Shown here piece by piece: positions 1 to 8,018 of a stretch of DNA of 32,000 bases. The notes under the pieces were generated by a model. The model had not been told where the DNA came from, searched no databases, and worked only from the letters and a program-made list of their open reading frames with translations. This DNA is from Mucisphaera calidilacus. Its GTDB lineage: Bacteria > Planctomycetota > Phycisphaerae > Phycisphaerales > Phycisphaeraceae. The stretch is taken from the NCBI RefSeq assembly GCF_007748075.1, contig NZ_CP036280.1, forward strand, positions 270,001 to 302,000, written 5' to 3'. Within the stretch, counting starts at the first letter, position 1; every line of letters begins with the position of its first letter. Both the position numbers and the translations under genes were made by a program.

Positions 1-738
1 TTTCTCGAGTCGCTTGCGTCGCTGCCTGATGCTTTTCCTGAACTGGCGGGCTCGTTCGGGGTAGAGCTGTTCGTGTCGGTCGAGTTGGTCGAGCGCGGCT
101 TGCGCGTCGCCTAGCCTGGTGTAGGCATCGGTGAGCTGGATGAGCAGAGCGCCGGCTTCTTCGGCCTGCTGGCTGACGAGTTCGTCGGTATGGGCCTGGG
201 CCTCTTCGATCTGGTTGGTCTGGATGAGGACTTCGATGAGTTGTAGGAGGGTTTGCTTGTCGTGGCTGAGGGCGAGTGATGCGGAGAGTGCGTCGAGGGC
301 GAGCTCGTCTACGCATCGGTTGTAGGCGACGGCGGCGGCGAGGCGGAGGGTGTCGGGGTTGTCGGACTGCTCGTCGATCACGCTTTGGAGCATGGGCTTT
401 TTCTGTTGATCGCTCATGCAGGTGACGGCGAGTTCGAGAAGCTCGCGTGCGTACTCGGCGGTGGGGCTGTTCTCGTAGTTCTGTTTGACGGACGGCCAGC
501 GGACGTCGTGGAGCTGTTCCCAGTCACGGTGCGGGACCATGGTGCCCATTTTGCATTGCGGGCATTCGCCGAGGATGCGTTTTCGGCCGAGGGGGATCAG
601 CGGGAGGAGGTAGAAGCAGAAGTAGCGAGAGGTGTCGTAGTCGCGTAGGAGGCCGTTGTGGCCTCAGTGATCGCAGGTGTCTCTGTGCAGCAGGAAGTTC
701 TTCTGGTTGAGATTCTTAATGCCCCAGACAATCAGCAT
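1..738 (-). CDS. Zinc-ribbon N-terminus plus helical/TPR-like protein; 3' end lies outside the window; frame interrupted by an in-frame TGA at 664-666 (pseudogene, sequencing error or Sec codon)
   Basis: My own minus-strand translation from ATG 738-736 gives MLIVWGIKNLNQKNFLLHRDTCDH*GHNGLLRDYDTSRYFCFYLLPLIPLGRKRILGECPQCKMGTMVPHRDW... The frame stays open to position 1. The layout is CxxC(G)...hydrophobic FxFxxxPxIP...CxxC, followed by Leu/Ala/Gln-rich helical repeats. The ORF track omits it because it runs off the window edge and is split by the TGA. Confidence 0.55.
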
Positions 739-888
739 GCGTCAACCCCTTTCGGGGATCATCATACAGGGAGATCGTTTGAGTGTGTCGGGCTGGCGTG
801 AGGCGTGTGTGAGGGTATGCGTTGTTACTTGTCGCGACCCTACTGCGCTTGCGCGGTGGAGGGCTAAGGCGTGTGCTGCGATTCCGGT

Positions 889-3105
889 TCAGGCGCTGCG
901 TCGCCTGGCGAGGGCGAGGCCGGTGAGGGCGAGTGTGACGAGTGAGTTGGGTTCGGGGATGAGGTGGAAGGTGACTTCGCCTGTGGTCATGAGGCTGGAG
1001 GTGTCGAAGCTGCCGGGGCCGTGGTACTCGATGGCGTCGAAGGTGCCGGTGATGTCGGCGTGGGTCCAGTCGAAGAGCTGGTAGGTGACGCCGTCGAGGA
1101 GCAGGAGGTCTGCGAGCGTGAGGTCGTCGTCGAACTCGAGGATCAGGGTGCCGGCGATCTGGACGGGGGTTTGCGGGTCGGCGAAGGTGATGGTGGAGCC
1201 CCAGTCCTTGTCGGCGAAGACGAGGTGGATGGCGGCGGTGGGCGTCATGATCAGTCGTTCGTGGAAGGTGATGGGGATGGGCTGGTCGTGTGATTTCGGC
1301 TGGTAGTCCCAGATATAGGCTTCGTCGTGGAGGAGCTGGAATCCCTGGAAGGAGCCGTCGGGGCCGATGTAGGTGGCATTGCCTTGAAGGCTGCTCAGTT
1401 GCTCGGGGGTGAGGTTGGTCGCTCCGCGGAAGTCGACAAGTGAGAGTTTGGTCAGCAGGAAGCTGGCCTGATCGAGGTTGGTATTGGTGAGGTTGGTGCT
1501 GTGGAGTGTGGCAACGAAGAAGTTGCTGTGTGCGAGGTTGGCGCCGGCGAGGTCCCAGCCGGAGAGGTCGTGGCCTTCGAGGCCGAGCCCCGGCAGATGG
1601 CCCTGTTGGTAGCTGAGAGTGCTTTCGAGCATGTCGCGGGTGAGTTTGTTGTGGCTGGATGCCGTCGTGTTGAAGTTGGCATAGGCGATGGTGGCGTTCG
1701 TGATGACGATGCCGGTGGTGTTGGTTTCGCTGAGGTCGAGGCGGTCGAGGTTGAAGCCGCTGAGGTCGAGTCCGGTGAGGCTGATGGCGGGGAGCGTGAT
1801 GCCTGAGAGGTCGCGGTGCTGGTAGCTGCGGGTGCTCAGGAGTTTTTGTTGTGAGAAGCCCGTGGTGTCTTTGAGGTTGACGCCCGTGATGGAACTGTTG
1901 GTGAAGTTCGTGGTGGCGAGGTCGGTCTCTTTGAGGCTGGCGTTGGTGAGGTCGACGTCGGTGAAGTCGGTGTTGTGCAGGGTGGCCTTGTCGAGTTTGG
2001 TGCCGACGAGGGTACTGCCTTTGAGCTTGAGGCCGGTCAGGTTGGCGGCCTGGAGGTTGGTGTTGGTCAGATCGGTGTGATCGATGGTGATGGTGCGACC
2101 ATCTATGCCGTACAGGTTGACGCCTGTGAGGTTGGCGTGGGTGAAGTTTGCGCCTGTGAAGGAGGGGCTGTCGTTGCTAGAGGTCATGATGGCGTTGGAG
2201 AGATTGGCGTAGCTGAAGTCGACGTAGAGGAAGCGTGTCGGTCCGCTTTCGAACCAGGCGTTGCTGAGGTTGGCGTGGCTCAGGTCGCTGTACGAGAGAT
2301 CACAGTTGTTCACGTAGATGTTTTCAAGATTGGCGTGGCTCAGATTGGCGCCGATTAGCTTGCTGTCGAGGTAGTTGGAGTTTCTGAGGTTGGCGTGGCT
2401 GAGATTGGCGGCGATGAGGGTTACTTCGTAGAAATGGGAGCCCTGGAGGTTCTGGCCGGAGAGGTCCCAGTCGGTCATGGTGCTGCGGGAGAATGAGACG
2501 TTGGACAGGTTTTTGTTGCGGTAGCTCGCGGTGCTGTAGAGTTGTTCTGCGGTGAAGCCGCGGGGTGTTGCGGCCGTGATCTCGATGCCTGTGATGATGG
2601 TGTCGGTGAGGTTGGCACCGAACAGATTGACTTCGCTGAGTCGTAGATTCGAGAGGTTGGACCCGGTGAGGTCGGCGCCCGTGAGATCGACCTCGGACAT
2701 CGAACGGTTGGATAGATCGACGTGGGTCAGGCGGGCGTTGCTCAGGTCGGATGCGTGGAAGGCGGTGTCGTCGAGGTTGGCGTGGCTGAGGTCGGCGTCG
2801 GCGAGTCGTGTGTCGATGAACAGCACGCTGGTGAGGTTCGCGCGGACCAGGTCGGCGTTGGTGAGGTTGGCGTGGCTGATGTCGGCCTTGTTGAGGTTGG
2901 CATCGCGCAGCCATGCCATGGTGAGGTCGCGTGCTGTGAGGTCGGCTCGTGGTTCGGCGGTAGCTCCTGCGCCCCCGGGCGCGAGGGTGGTGGACTGTTG
3001 TTTGCCCAGGGAGGGGTTGGCGGGGTCGATGTATTGCCACTGGTAGATGTTGGCGTGGGTGGTGGTGGTGCAGAGGGTGAGTGCAGCGATCCATGCGGTT
3101 CTCAT
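889..3105 (-). CDS. Large secreted pentapeptide-repeat protein with C-terminal PEP-CTERM sorting signal
   Basis: ORF 889..3213; preferred start is ATG 3105 (MRTAWIAALTLCTTTTHA signal-like peptide) with AGGAG 6 nt upstream. It carries dozens of A(D/N)LxX pentapeptide repeats (ANLNKADISHANLTNADLVRANLT...). The C-terminus IPEPNSLVTLALTGLALARRRSA has the PEP motif, a TM helix and a basic tail. Confidence 0.85.
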   Translation of the reverse strand: MRTAWIAALTLCTTTTHANIYQWQYIDPANPSLGKQQSTTLAPGGAGATAEPRADLTARDLTMAWLRDANLNKADISHANLTNADLVRANLTSVLFIDTRLADADLSHANLDDTAFHASDLSNARLTHVDLSNRSMSEVDLTGADLTGSNLSNLRLSEVNLFGANLTDTIITGIEITAATPRGFTAEQLYSTASYRNKNLSNVSFSRSTMTDWDLSGQNLQGSHFYEVTLIAANLSHANLRNSNYLDSKLIGANLSHANLENIYVNNCDLSYSDLSHANLSNAWFESGPTRFLYVDFSYANLSNAIMTSSNDSPSFTGANFTHANLTGVNLYGIDGRTITIDHTDLTNTNLQAANLTGLKLKGSTLVGTKLDKATLHNTDFTDVDLTNASLKETDLATTNFTNSSITGVNLKDTTGFSQQKLLSTRSYQHRDLSGITLPAISLTGLDLSGFNLDRLDLSETNTTGIVITNATIAYANFNTTASSHNKLTRDMLESTLSYQQGHLPGLGLEGHDLSGWDLAGANLAHSNFFVATLHSTNLTNTNLDQASFLLTKLSLVDFRGATNLTPEQLSSLQGNATYIGPDGSFQGFQLLHDEAYIWDYQPKSHDQPIPITFHERLIMTPTAAIHLVFADKDWGSTITFADPQTPVQIAGTLILEFDDDLTLADLLLLDGVTYQLFDWTHADITGTFDAIEYHGPGSFDTSSLMTTGEVTFHLIPEPNSLVTLALTGLALARRRSA

Positions 3106-3184
3106 CGTCGACTCCTGTTTTCCCGGCGGGTTGATGGGTTCCCCGAGTTGATGGTTCAGCGTGAAGGATTCATCAGAATCCATG

Positions 3185-3213
3185 TTTATCTTTAGATGGG
3201 GGGGGGGTGTCAA
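3185..3213 (-). promoter_or_regulatory. Putative sigma70-like promoter with a C10 homopolymer in the spacer (minus strand: TTGACA-C10-atctaaa-GATAAA)
   Basis: Reverse complement of 3185-3213 reads TTGACA CCCCCCCCCC ATCTAAA GATAAA. The -35 hexamer is perfect, the spacer is 17 nt, and the -10 is a weak 4/6 match. It lies about 80 nt upstream of ATG 3105. Confidence 0.35.
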
Positions 3214-3250
3214 GGTTAGGAATTAGATAATTATTGGGGGTGAGGGGAGA

Positions 3251-3385
3251 CACACACGGTCAACTCGGGGAGTCGGTTGCAGTGTGGCACCCCAAGCTCG
3301 CGCTTGGGGCTCGTAGGGGTCAGAGAACACTGGGGTCTGTGGTTTACACACAGCAACCTCGGGGACTCGGTTGCAGTGTGCCACC
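3251..3385. repeat. Two copies of a ~40-bp hairpin-forming intergenic repeat (3251-3291 and 3347-3385), with a GC hairpin (3290-3309) between them
   Basis: Copy 1 is cacacacggtcaactcggggagtcggttgcagtgtggcacc; copy 2 is cacacagcaacctcggggactcggttgcagtgtgccacc. Copy 2 folds as CACACAGCAACC/GGTTGCAGTGTG with 11 of 12 pairs. A third partial copy, ggggagtcggttgaag (3417-3432), overlaps the 3' end of the next gene. Confidence 0.6.
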
Positions 3386-3412
3386 CGGGATTGGTGGTTT
3401 TCTACAGCAGCT

Positions 3413-4327
3413 TCAGGGGAGTCGGTTGAAGGTTTTGAGTATTTTGAGATTGTGGAGGGTGAGGTGGCCGGCCCATTCCTGTTTGGCGGTCAGCCAGGTC
3501 TCTTCGTGCTGGTTCCACTGCCAGGCGGGTTGCCAGCTGCCGTCGGGTGATTGTTGATTGATGAGGAAGTCGAGGTTGGCGTCGAGGGCGTCGCCGAATG
3601 TGGTGGCGAGGGGGTGGTCGGGTGTGTGGCAGAACCAGAGGGGTTGCGGGCCGTAGTGGTGCCAGTCGTCGGGGTTGGTGGCGGTGACGGCGAGTGCCAT
3701 GGCGGTGATCCGTTGGCTGGCGCGTCGGGCGTTGTCGCCTGTGAGGGTCTGGGCGTAGCGTTGGGCGCAGAGCAGGGCGTGGGGCTCGGGCTTGTCGGTC
3801 ATGTGGAGCCAGAGCATGGCGTGGTTGTTGAGGATGTTGAGGAGGGTGGTGTCGGCGTCGGGTGCGTAGCGGTTGAGGTGGCCGATGATTTCGAGGGTGG
3901 GGTTGGGCCAGAGTTCGTGGTCTTTGTCGAAGCTGACGGGCGGCTTGTAGTCCCACCACGGGGCCCGGGGGTGGTGGTCGACGGCGGGTGGTGTGGCGGG
4001 CCAGCTGTTGGTGGAGGTGTCGCGGGTGTCGAGGAGGTATTGGATGGCGTTGCGGACGATGGGGTGTCCGGCGGGTGTGTTGAGGGTGGTGGTGATCTGG
4101 AGGGCGACGGTGGTGGCGAGGGGCGAGGCGTCGGGGAGTCGGAAGTCGGGTTCGAGCGCGTGGCCGAAGCCGCCATCGGCGTTCTGGTAGCGGGCGAGTT
4201 GGTTGAGGGCGTCGTCGGCGGGGGCGTTTTCGAAGGCGTGGTTGTAGAGGGCGGCGTCGAGGGGGCGGGCGTGGTGGCTGATGAAGTCGGCGGCTCGGCG
4301 GAGGATATCGGGTGTGCGTGTGGTCAT
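3413..4327 (-). CDS. Prenyltransferase/terpene-cyclase-like (alpha/alpha toroid) repeat protein; function unknown
   Basis: 304-aa ORF with ATG at 4327. It has QW-like motifs (YQNADGGFGH, INQQSPDGSWQPAWQW) typical of the squalene-cyclase/prenyltransferase beta-subunit fold. Confidence 0.6.
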   Translation of the reverse strand: MTTRTPDILRRAADFISHHARPLDAALYNHAFENAPADDALNQLARYQNADGGFGHALEPDFRLPDASPLATTVALQITTTLNTPAGHPIVRNAIQYLLDTRDTSTNSWPATPPAVDHHPRAPWWDYKPPVSFDKDHELWPNPTLEIIGHLNRYAPDADTTLLNILNNHAMLWLHMTDKPEPHALLCAQRYAQTLTGDNARRASQRITAMALAVTATNPDDWHHYGPQPLWFCHTPDHPLATTFGDALDANLDFLINQQSPDGSWQPAWQWNQHEETWLTAKQEWAGHLTLHNLKILKTFNRLP

Positions 4328-4368
4328 GGGCGTGATTGTAAGGTTGTGGTGTGGTGTAGCATGGGGTG

Positions 4369-5265
4369 ATGGATCAGGATGTGGCAGGGCGGATTCTCGG
4401 GATTGACCTTGGTGGGACCAAGACGGCGGTCGTGCGGGGCGATGCGACGGGACGTGTTCTGGCTCGCGAGGTGTTCCCGACGGCGGGTGCCGAGGCGACG
4501 TTAGGGCGGGTGGTGGACGCGGCGCGCGGCTTTGGTGTGGCTTTCGAGCGTGTAGGCATTGCGTGTGGTGGGCCGATCGATGGTGTTCGTGGTTGTCTGA
4601 TGTCGCCTCCGAATCTGCCGGGCTGGTCGGGCGTGGCGTTGGTGGATTGGGCGGAGCGTGCGTTTGGGTGTCGCGTGGCGATGATGAATGATGCGAATGC
4701 GGGCGCGTTGGCGGAGTGGCGGTGGGGAGCGGGTCGGGGGATGTCGGATGTGGTGTTTCTGACCTGCGGCACGGGGCTTGGTGCGGGGATCATTGCGGGC
4801 GGGCGGTTGTTGTCGGGCGCGAGTGGCAACGCGGGTGAGGTCGGGCATGTCCGCCTGACGGAGCAGGGGCCGGAGGGCTACGGGAAGCAGGGGAGTGTCG
4901 AGGGTTGGGTGTCGGGCGGGGGGATCGGGAGGGCGGCTTCGGATGGTGGTTGGGGTGAGGGCGTGACGGCGAAGGACGTGGTGTTGGCGGCGGACGCTGG
5001 CGATGCGGGGGCCCGGGCGATTCTGGACGCGGCGGGGCAGAAGCTGGGTCGGACGGTCGCGTTGCTGGTGGATGTGTTGAATCCGCAGGCGGTGATACTC
5101 GGTTCGCTTTACGTGCGGGCACGTCGACACCTGGAGCCGGGGATGCGTCGTGTCGTGGAGGCCGAGGCTCTGCCCGAGCTGCTGGGCGTGTGCAGGGTGG
5201 TCCCGGCGGAGTTGGGCGAACGGATCGGTGATCTTCAATCTTTGGCAGCGGGGCTTGAGGCATGA
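4369..5265 (+). CDS. ROK-family sugar kinase (glucokinase / N-acetylhexosamine-kinase-like)
   Basis: ILGIDLGGTKT ATP-binding N-terminus and MNDANAGALAEWRWGAG ROK signature. The ORF opens with GTG 4366 followed by ATG 4369. Confidence 0.8.
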   Translation: MDQDVAGRILGIDLGGTKTAVVRGDATGRVLAREVFPTAGAEATLGRVVDAARGFGVAFERVGIACGGPIDGVRGCLMSPPNLPGWSGVALVDWAERAFGCRVAMMNDANAGALAEWRWGAGRGMSDVVFLTCGTGLGAGIIAGGRLLSGASGNAGEVGHVRLTEQGPEGYGKQGSVEGWVSGGGIGRAASDGGWGEGVTAKDVVLAADAGDAGARAILDAAGQKLGRTVALLVDVLNPQAVILGSLYVRARRHLEPGMRRVVEAEALPELLGVCRVVPAELGERIGDLQSLAAGLEA

Positions 5266-5891
5266 GAGACGATGTGCTTGACGACATGGTGAAGTGTTAC
5301 CCGGAGCTGGGCTCGTTGCGTGAGGACGTTCGTGCGGCGGGTGTTATGTTGATTGATGCTTTCAGGGCAGGGGGGAAGGTGTTGATCGCCGGGAATGGCG
5401 GCAGCGCGGCTGATGCGGATCACTGGAGCGGCGAGTTGTTGAAGGGTTTTGAGTCGCGTCGGCCGCTGCTGTCTTCGGAGCGAGCGGGGTTGTCGGAGGG
5501 GTTGGCGGTCGGGCTGCAGCGGGGTCTGCCCTGCATTCCCCTGACGGGGTTTTCGGCGTTGAGCACGGCGGTGTGCAACGACATGGATCCGTCGCTGGTG
5601 TTCGCTCAGCTGGTGATGGCGCTTGGTCGATCGGGAGACGTGTTTGTGGGGTTGTCGACCTCGGGGGATGCGTTGAACGTCTGTTCGGCGGCGGAGGTTG
5701 CGCGGTCGCGGGGGATGAGGGTGTTGGGGATGACGGGTTCGGGCGGTGGTGCTTTGGCGTCGTGGTGCGATATCTGCGTGCGTGTGCCTGAGACGCGTAC
5801 GAGTCGTGTGCAGGAGTTGCACCTGCCTGTGTATCACGCGTTGTGTCTGTTGGTGGAGGGTGCGTTGTTTGGTGGTGATTCGGAGTATTGA
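5262..5891 (+). CDS. SIS-domain sugar-phosphate isomerase (GmhA/phosphoheptose-isomerase-like)
   Basis: VLIAGNGGSAADADHWSGEL and GLSTSGDALNV SIS motifs. The ATGA overlap with the upstream ROK gene suggests translational coupling. Confidence 0.75.
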   Translation: MRDDVLDDMVKCYPELGSLREDVRAAGVMLIDAFRAGGKVLIAGNGGSAADADHWSGELLKGFESRRPLLSSERAGLSEGLAVGLQRGLPCIPLTGFSALSTAVCNDMDPSLVFAQLVMALGRSGDVFVGLSTSGDALNVCSAAEVARSRGMRVLGMTGSGGGALASWCDICVRVPETRTSRVQELHLPVYHALCLLVEGALFGGDSEY

Positions 5892-6995
5892 ATGCGTGTG
5901 TTTGTGGATGGTCATCTGGATCTGGCGATGAATGCGTTGGTGCTGCGGCGGCGGATCACGGAGCCGCTGTCGGTGGTGCGTGAGGACGAGTCGGGTTGCA
6001 CGTCGCCGGGCTGGGGTGAGGCGACGGTGACGCTGCCGGAGTTGAGGCGTGGGGGCGCGGTGATGGTGGTGAGCACGTTGCTGGCGCGGGTTCGGCCCTG
6101 GCGGGTGGCGTGGGGTGAATGTGGCAGGGCGACGGGTGATTTTGCGGACGCGGACATGGCGCACGCGTGTGCGATGGCGATGCTGGATTACTACCGGTGT
6201 CTGGAGGATCGCGGGTTGATTCGGATGGTTCGTGGTGCGGGTGATCTGCCGGGCGGAGATCGTGCGTTGGGTGAGGATGAGCCGTTGGCGTTGCTGGTGA
6301 CGATGGAGGGCGCGGACCCGGTTCGTGATCCGGAGGATCTGCACCGCTGGTACGGGTTGGGGTTGCGGACGCTGATGCTGGCGCACTTCGGTCGGTCGCT
6401 GAGTGCGCACGGGACGCCTAGCGAGGGGGATGATTTCCGGGTTGAGGATGTGGAGGGTCCGTTGACGGACCTTGGGCGTGGGTTGTTGCGTGAGATGGAG
6501 GGCTTGGGGATGGCGTTGGACGTGTCACATTTGTCGGACACGTCGCTGGCGGAGGCGCTGGATCGTTTTGGCGGCCGGGCGTACGCGAGTCACTGTGGTT
6601 GTCGGTCGCTGGTGCCGGGGTGTCAGCGTGATTTGGAGGACGCGATGATCAAGGCGCTGGCGGAGCGTGGCGGCGTGATCGGCGTGCCGCTTTTTAGTCC
6701 TTACCTTGTGCCCGGTTTGACGGAGGGATCGGCGCGGGAGACGTGTGGTCTGGATGATGTGGTGGATCATCTTGAGCGTTTGCGGGATGTTGCGGGCACG
6801 GACGAGGCGGTGGCGTTGGGGACGGATATGGATGGCGGGTTTGGTTTGTCGGCGACGCCTGTGGGTATTGACGGTAGCGGTGATCTGCCGCGGCTGGCCG
6901 AGCGGATGCTGGTGCGTGGTTGGGACGAGGCGTCGGTGGGTCGCGTGTTTGCGGGGAACTGGCTGCGGTTCTGGGGCGAGGTTCTTTCCGCGTAG
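5892..6995 (+). CDS. Peptidase M19 (renal/membrane dipeptidase) family metallohydrolase
   Basis: VDGHLDLAMN, LDVSHLSD and GTDMDGGFG motifs. The ATG follows directly after the stop of the SIS gene. Confidence 0.75.
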   Translation: MRVFVDGHLDLAMNALVLRRRITEPLSVVREDESGCTSPGWGEATVTLPELRRGGAVMVVSTLLARVRPWRVAWGECGRATGDFADADMAHACAMAMLDYYRCLEDRGLIRMVRGAGDLPGGDRALGEDEPLALLVTMEGADPVRDPEDLHRWYGLGLRTLMLAHFGRSLSAHGTPSEGDDFRVEDVEGPLTDLGRGLLREMEGLGMALDVSHLSDTSLAEALDRFGGRAYASHCGCRSLVPGCQRDLEDAMIKALAERGGVIGVPLFSPYLVPGLTEGSARETCGLDDVVDHLERLRDVAGTDEAVALGTDMDGGFGLSATPVGIDGSGDLPRLAERMLVRGWDEASVGRVFAGNWLRFWGEVLSA

Positions 6996-6997
6996 CG

Positions 6998-7984
6998 TCA
7001 GGGTTTAGGCAGGGTGTCGTAGCCGGCGGTCCAGATGAGGATGCGTTGGGCGAACTCGCGGTTGTCTGCGTGTGCGAGTCGTGTGCCTTCGCCTGCGTTC
7101 CAGAAGGTGTTTCGGTCGAAGGTGGCGAGGACGCGTCCCTGTCCGATCTCGGCGATGGCGAGTGCGGCGTCGCGGTCGGGCTGGTATGGGCCGATGTCGG
7201 GGTCCTGTGTGTCCAGGTGGTTGAGTCGGAGCTTGCCGCCCAGGCCGCCGTGCTGGAGTCGGGCGAGCATGACGGCGGGTTCGGAGACGCGGATGACGCT
7301 GACGCCCTCGCCGCGGTAGTGGACGCCCGCGTCGGGTCCGTCGGGTGACTGGTGTCCGCCTGCGTCGAAGTCGTTGAGGTAGTGGGGTTGTTCGTAGGTG
7401 TTGATGAGGTAGTTGCCGGCGCCGTTGTCGCGCATCATGAACATGCCGAACTGGGTGATGATGTCGTTGTCGGATGTGCGTCCAGGGGTGTTGCCGAGTC
7501 CGACCTTGCGGAAGTGACCGCCGAAGGCGGAGTCGCTCCAGACGATGAGTCCGCCTCCGCCCTGGATCCAGTCGGCGACGGCCTGAGCTTCGCTGGTGCC
7601 CTGGTTGCCGGTGTCGGTTTCGGTGGTGAATCGTCGGTTGTTGGAGGCGAGGATGAGCACGTCGTATCGGCCGAGGAAGGCGGGGGTGAGGACGACCTGG
7701 GTGTCGAGTCGTTCTTCGGTTCGGAAGCGGACGCCTGCTTTGCGCATGAGGGGTGCGTTGTGGTCTTCGATGGCCTGTCGGAACTGGCTCATGCCGCGTC
7801 GCTGATCGTGTGTGTCGTCGAGGCGCATGGGGTGGAAGGGTGGTTTGCCGGTGACGGCGGGGTTGTTGCCGTCTTCGTCGACGTTGCCATACAGATAGAG
7901 CACGTGGCTTGTCTCGGGCTGTGCGCTCGCGGTGGTGTTGAGGCAGAGAAGGAGCAGAAGGAGGGTGAGGCAGCGTGACGGCAT
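6998..7984 (-). CDS. Secreted hypothetical protein, possibly with a ThuA/class-I-glutamine-amidotransferase-like fold
   Basis: Signal peptide MPSRCLTLLLLLLCLNTTASA and GGAGA RBS 7 nt upstream of ATG 7984. Motifs YDVLILASN and GGGLIVWSD resemble ThuA/GATase1-like proteins. The functional call is weak. Confidence 0.6.
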   Translation of the reverse strand: MPSRCLTLLLLLLCLNTTASAQPETSHVLYLYGNVDEDGNNPAVTGKPPFHPMRLDDTHDQRRGMSQFRQAIEDHNAPLMRKAGVRFRTEERLDTQVVLTPAFLGRYDVLILASNNRRFTTETDTGNQGTSEAQAVADWIQGGGGLIVWSDSAFGGHFRKVGLGNTPGRTSDNDIITQFGMFMMRDNGAGNYLINTYEQPHYLNDFDAGGHQSPDGPDAGVHYRGEGVSVIRVSEPAVMLARLQHGGLGGKLRLNHLDTQDPDIGPYQPDRDAALAIAEIGQGRVLATFDRNTFWNAGEGTRLAHADNREFAQRILIWTAGYDTLPKP

Positions 7985-8018
7985 GGTGCTTCTCCGGTGT
8001 GTGCAGGTGCTTGTGATT

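Noticed and set aside
600-663. SECIS element downstream of the in-frame TGA
   Set aside because: Only a 4-bp GGCC/GGCC stem with a 5-nt loop follows the TGA, along with weak alternatives. Nothing resembles a stable SelB-binding hairpin at the expected distance. Sec remains a minority hypothesis and is not annotated as such.
3106-3213. N-terminal extensions from the longest-ORF starts of several genes: 3213 for the pentapeptide gene, 11237 for the methyltransferase, 20944 for the TPR lipoprotein, 20928 for the LigD_N-like gene, 21449 for the hypothetical gene, and 16441 for leuA
   Set aside because: In each case an internal start has a Shine-Dalgarno sequence at proper spacing and gives a sensible N-terminus (a signal peptide, a lipobox or a conserved first strand). 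The extensions lack RBSs and overlap promoter or terminator elements or the divergent gene.
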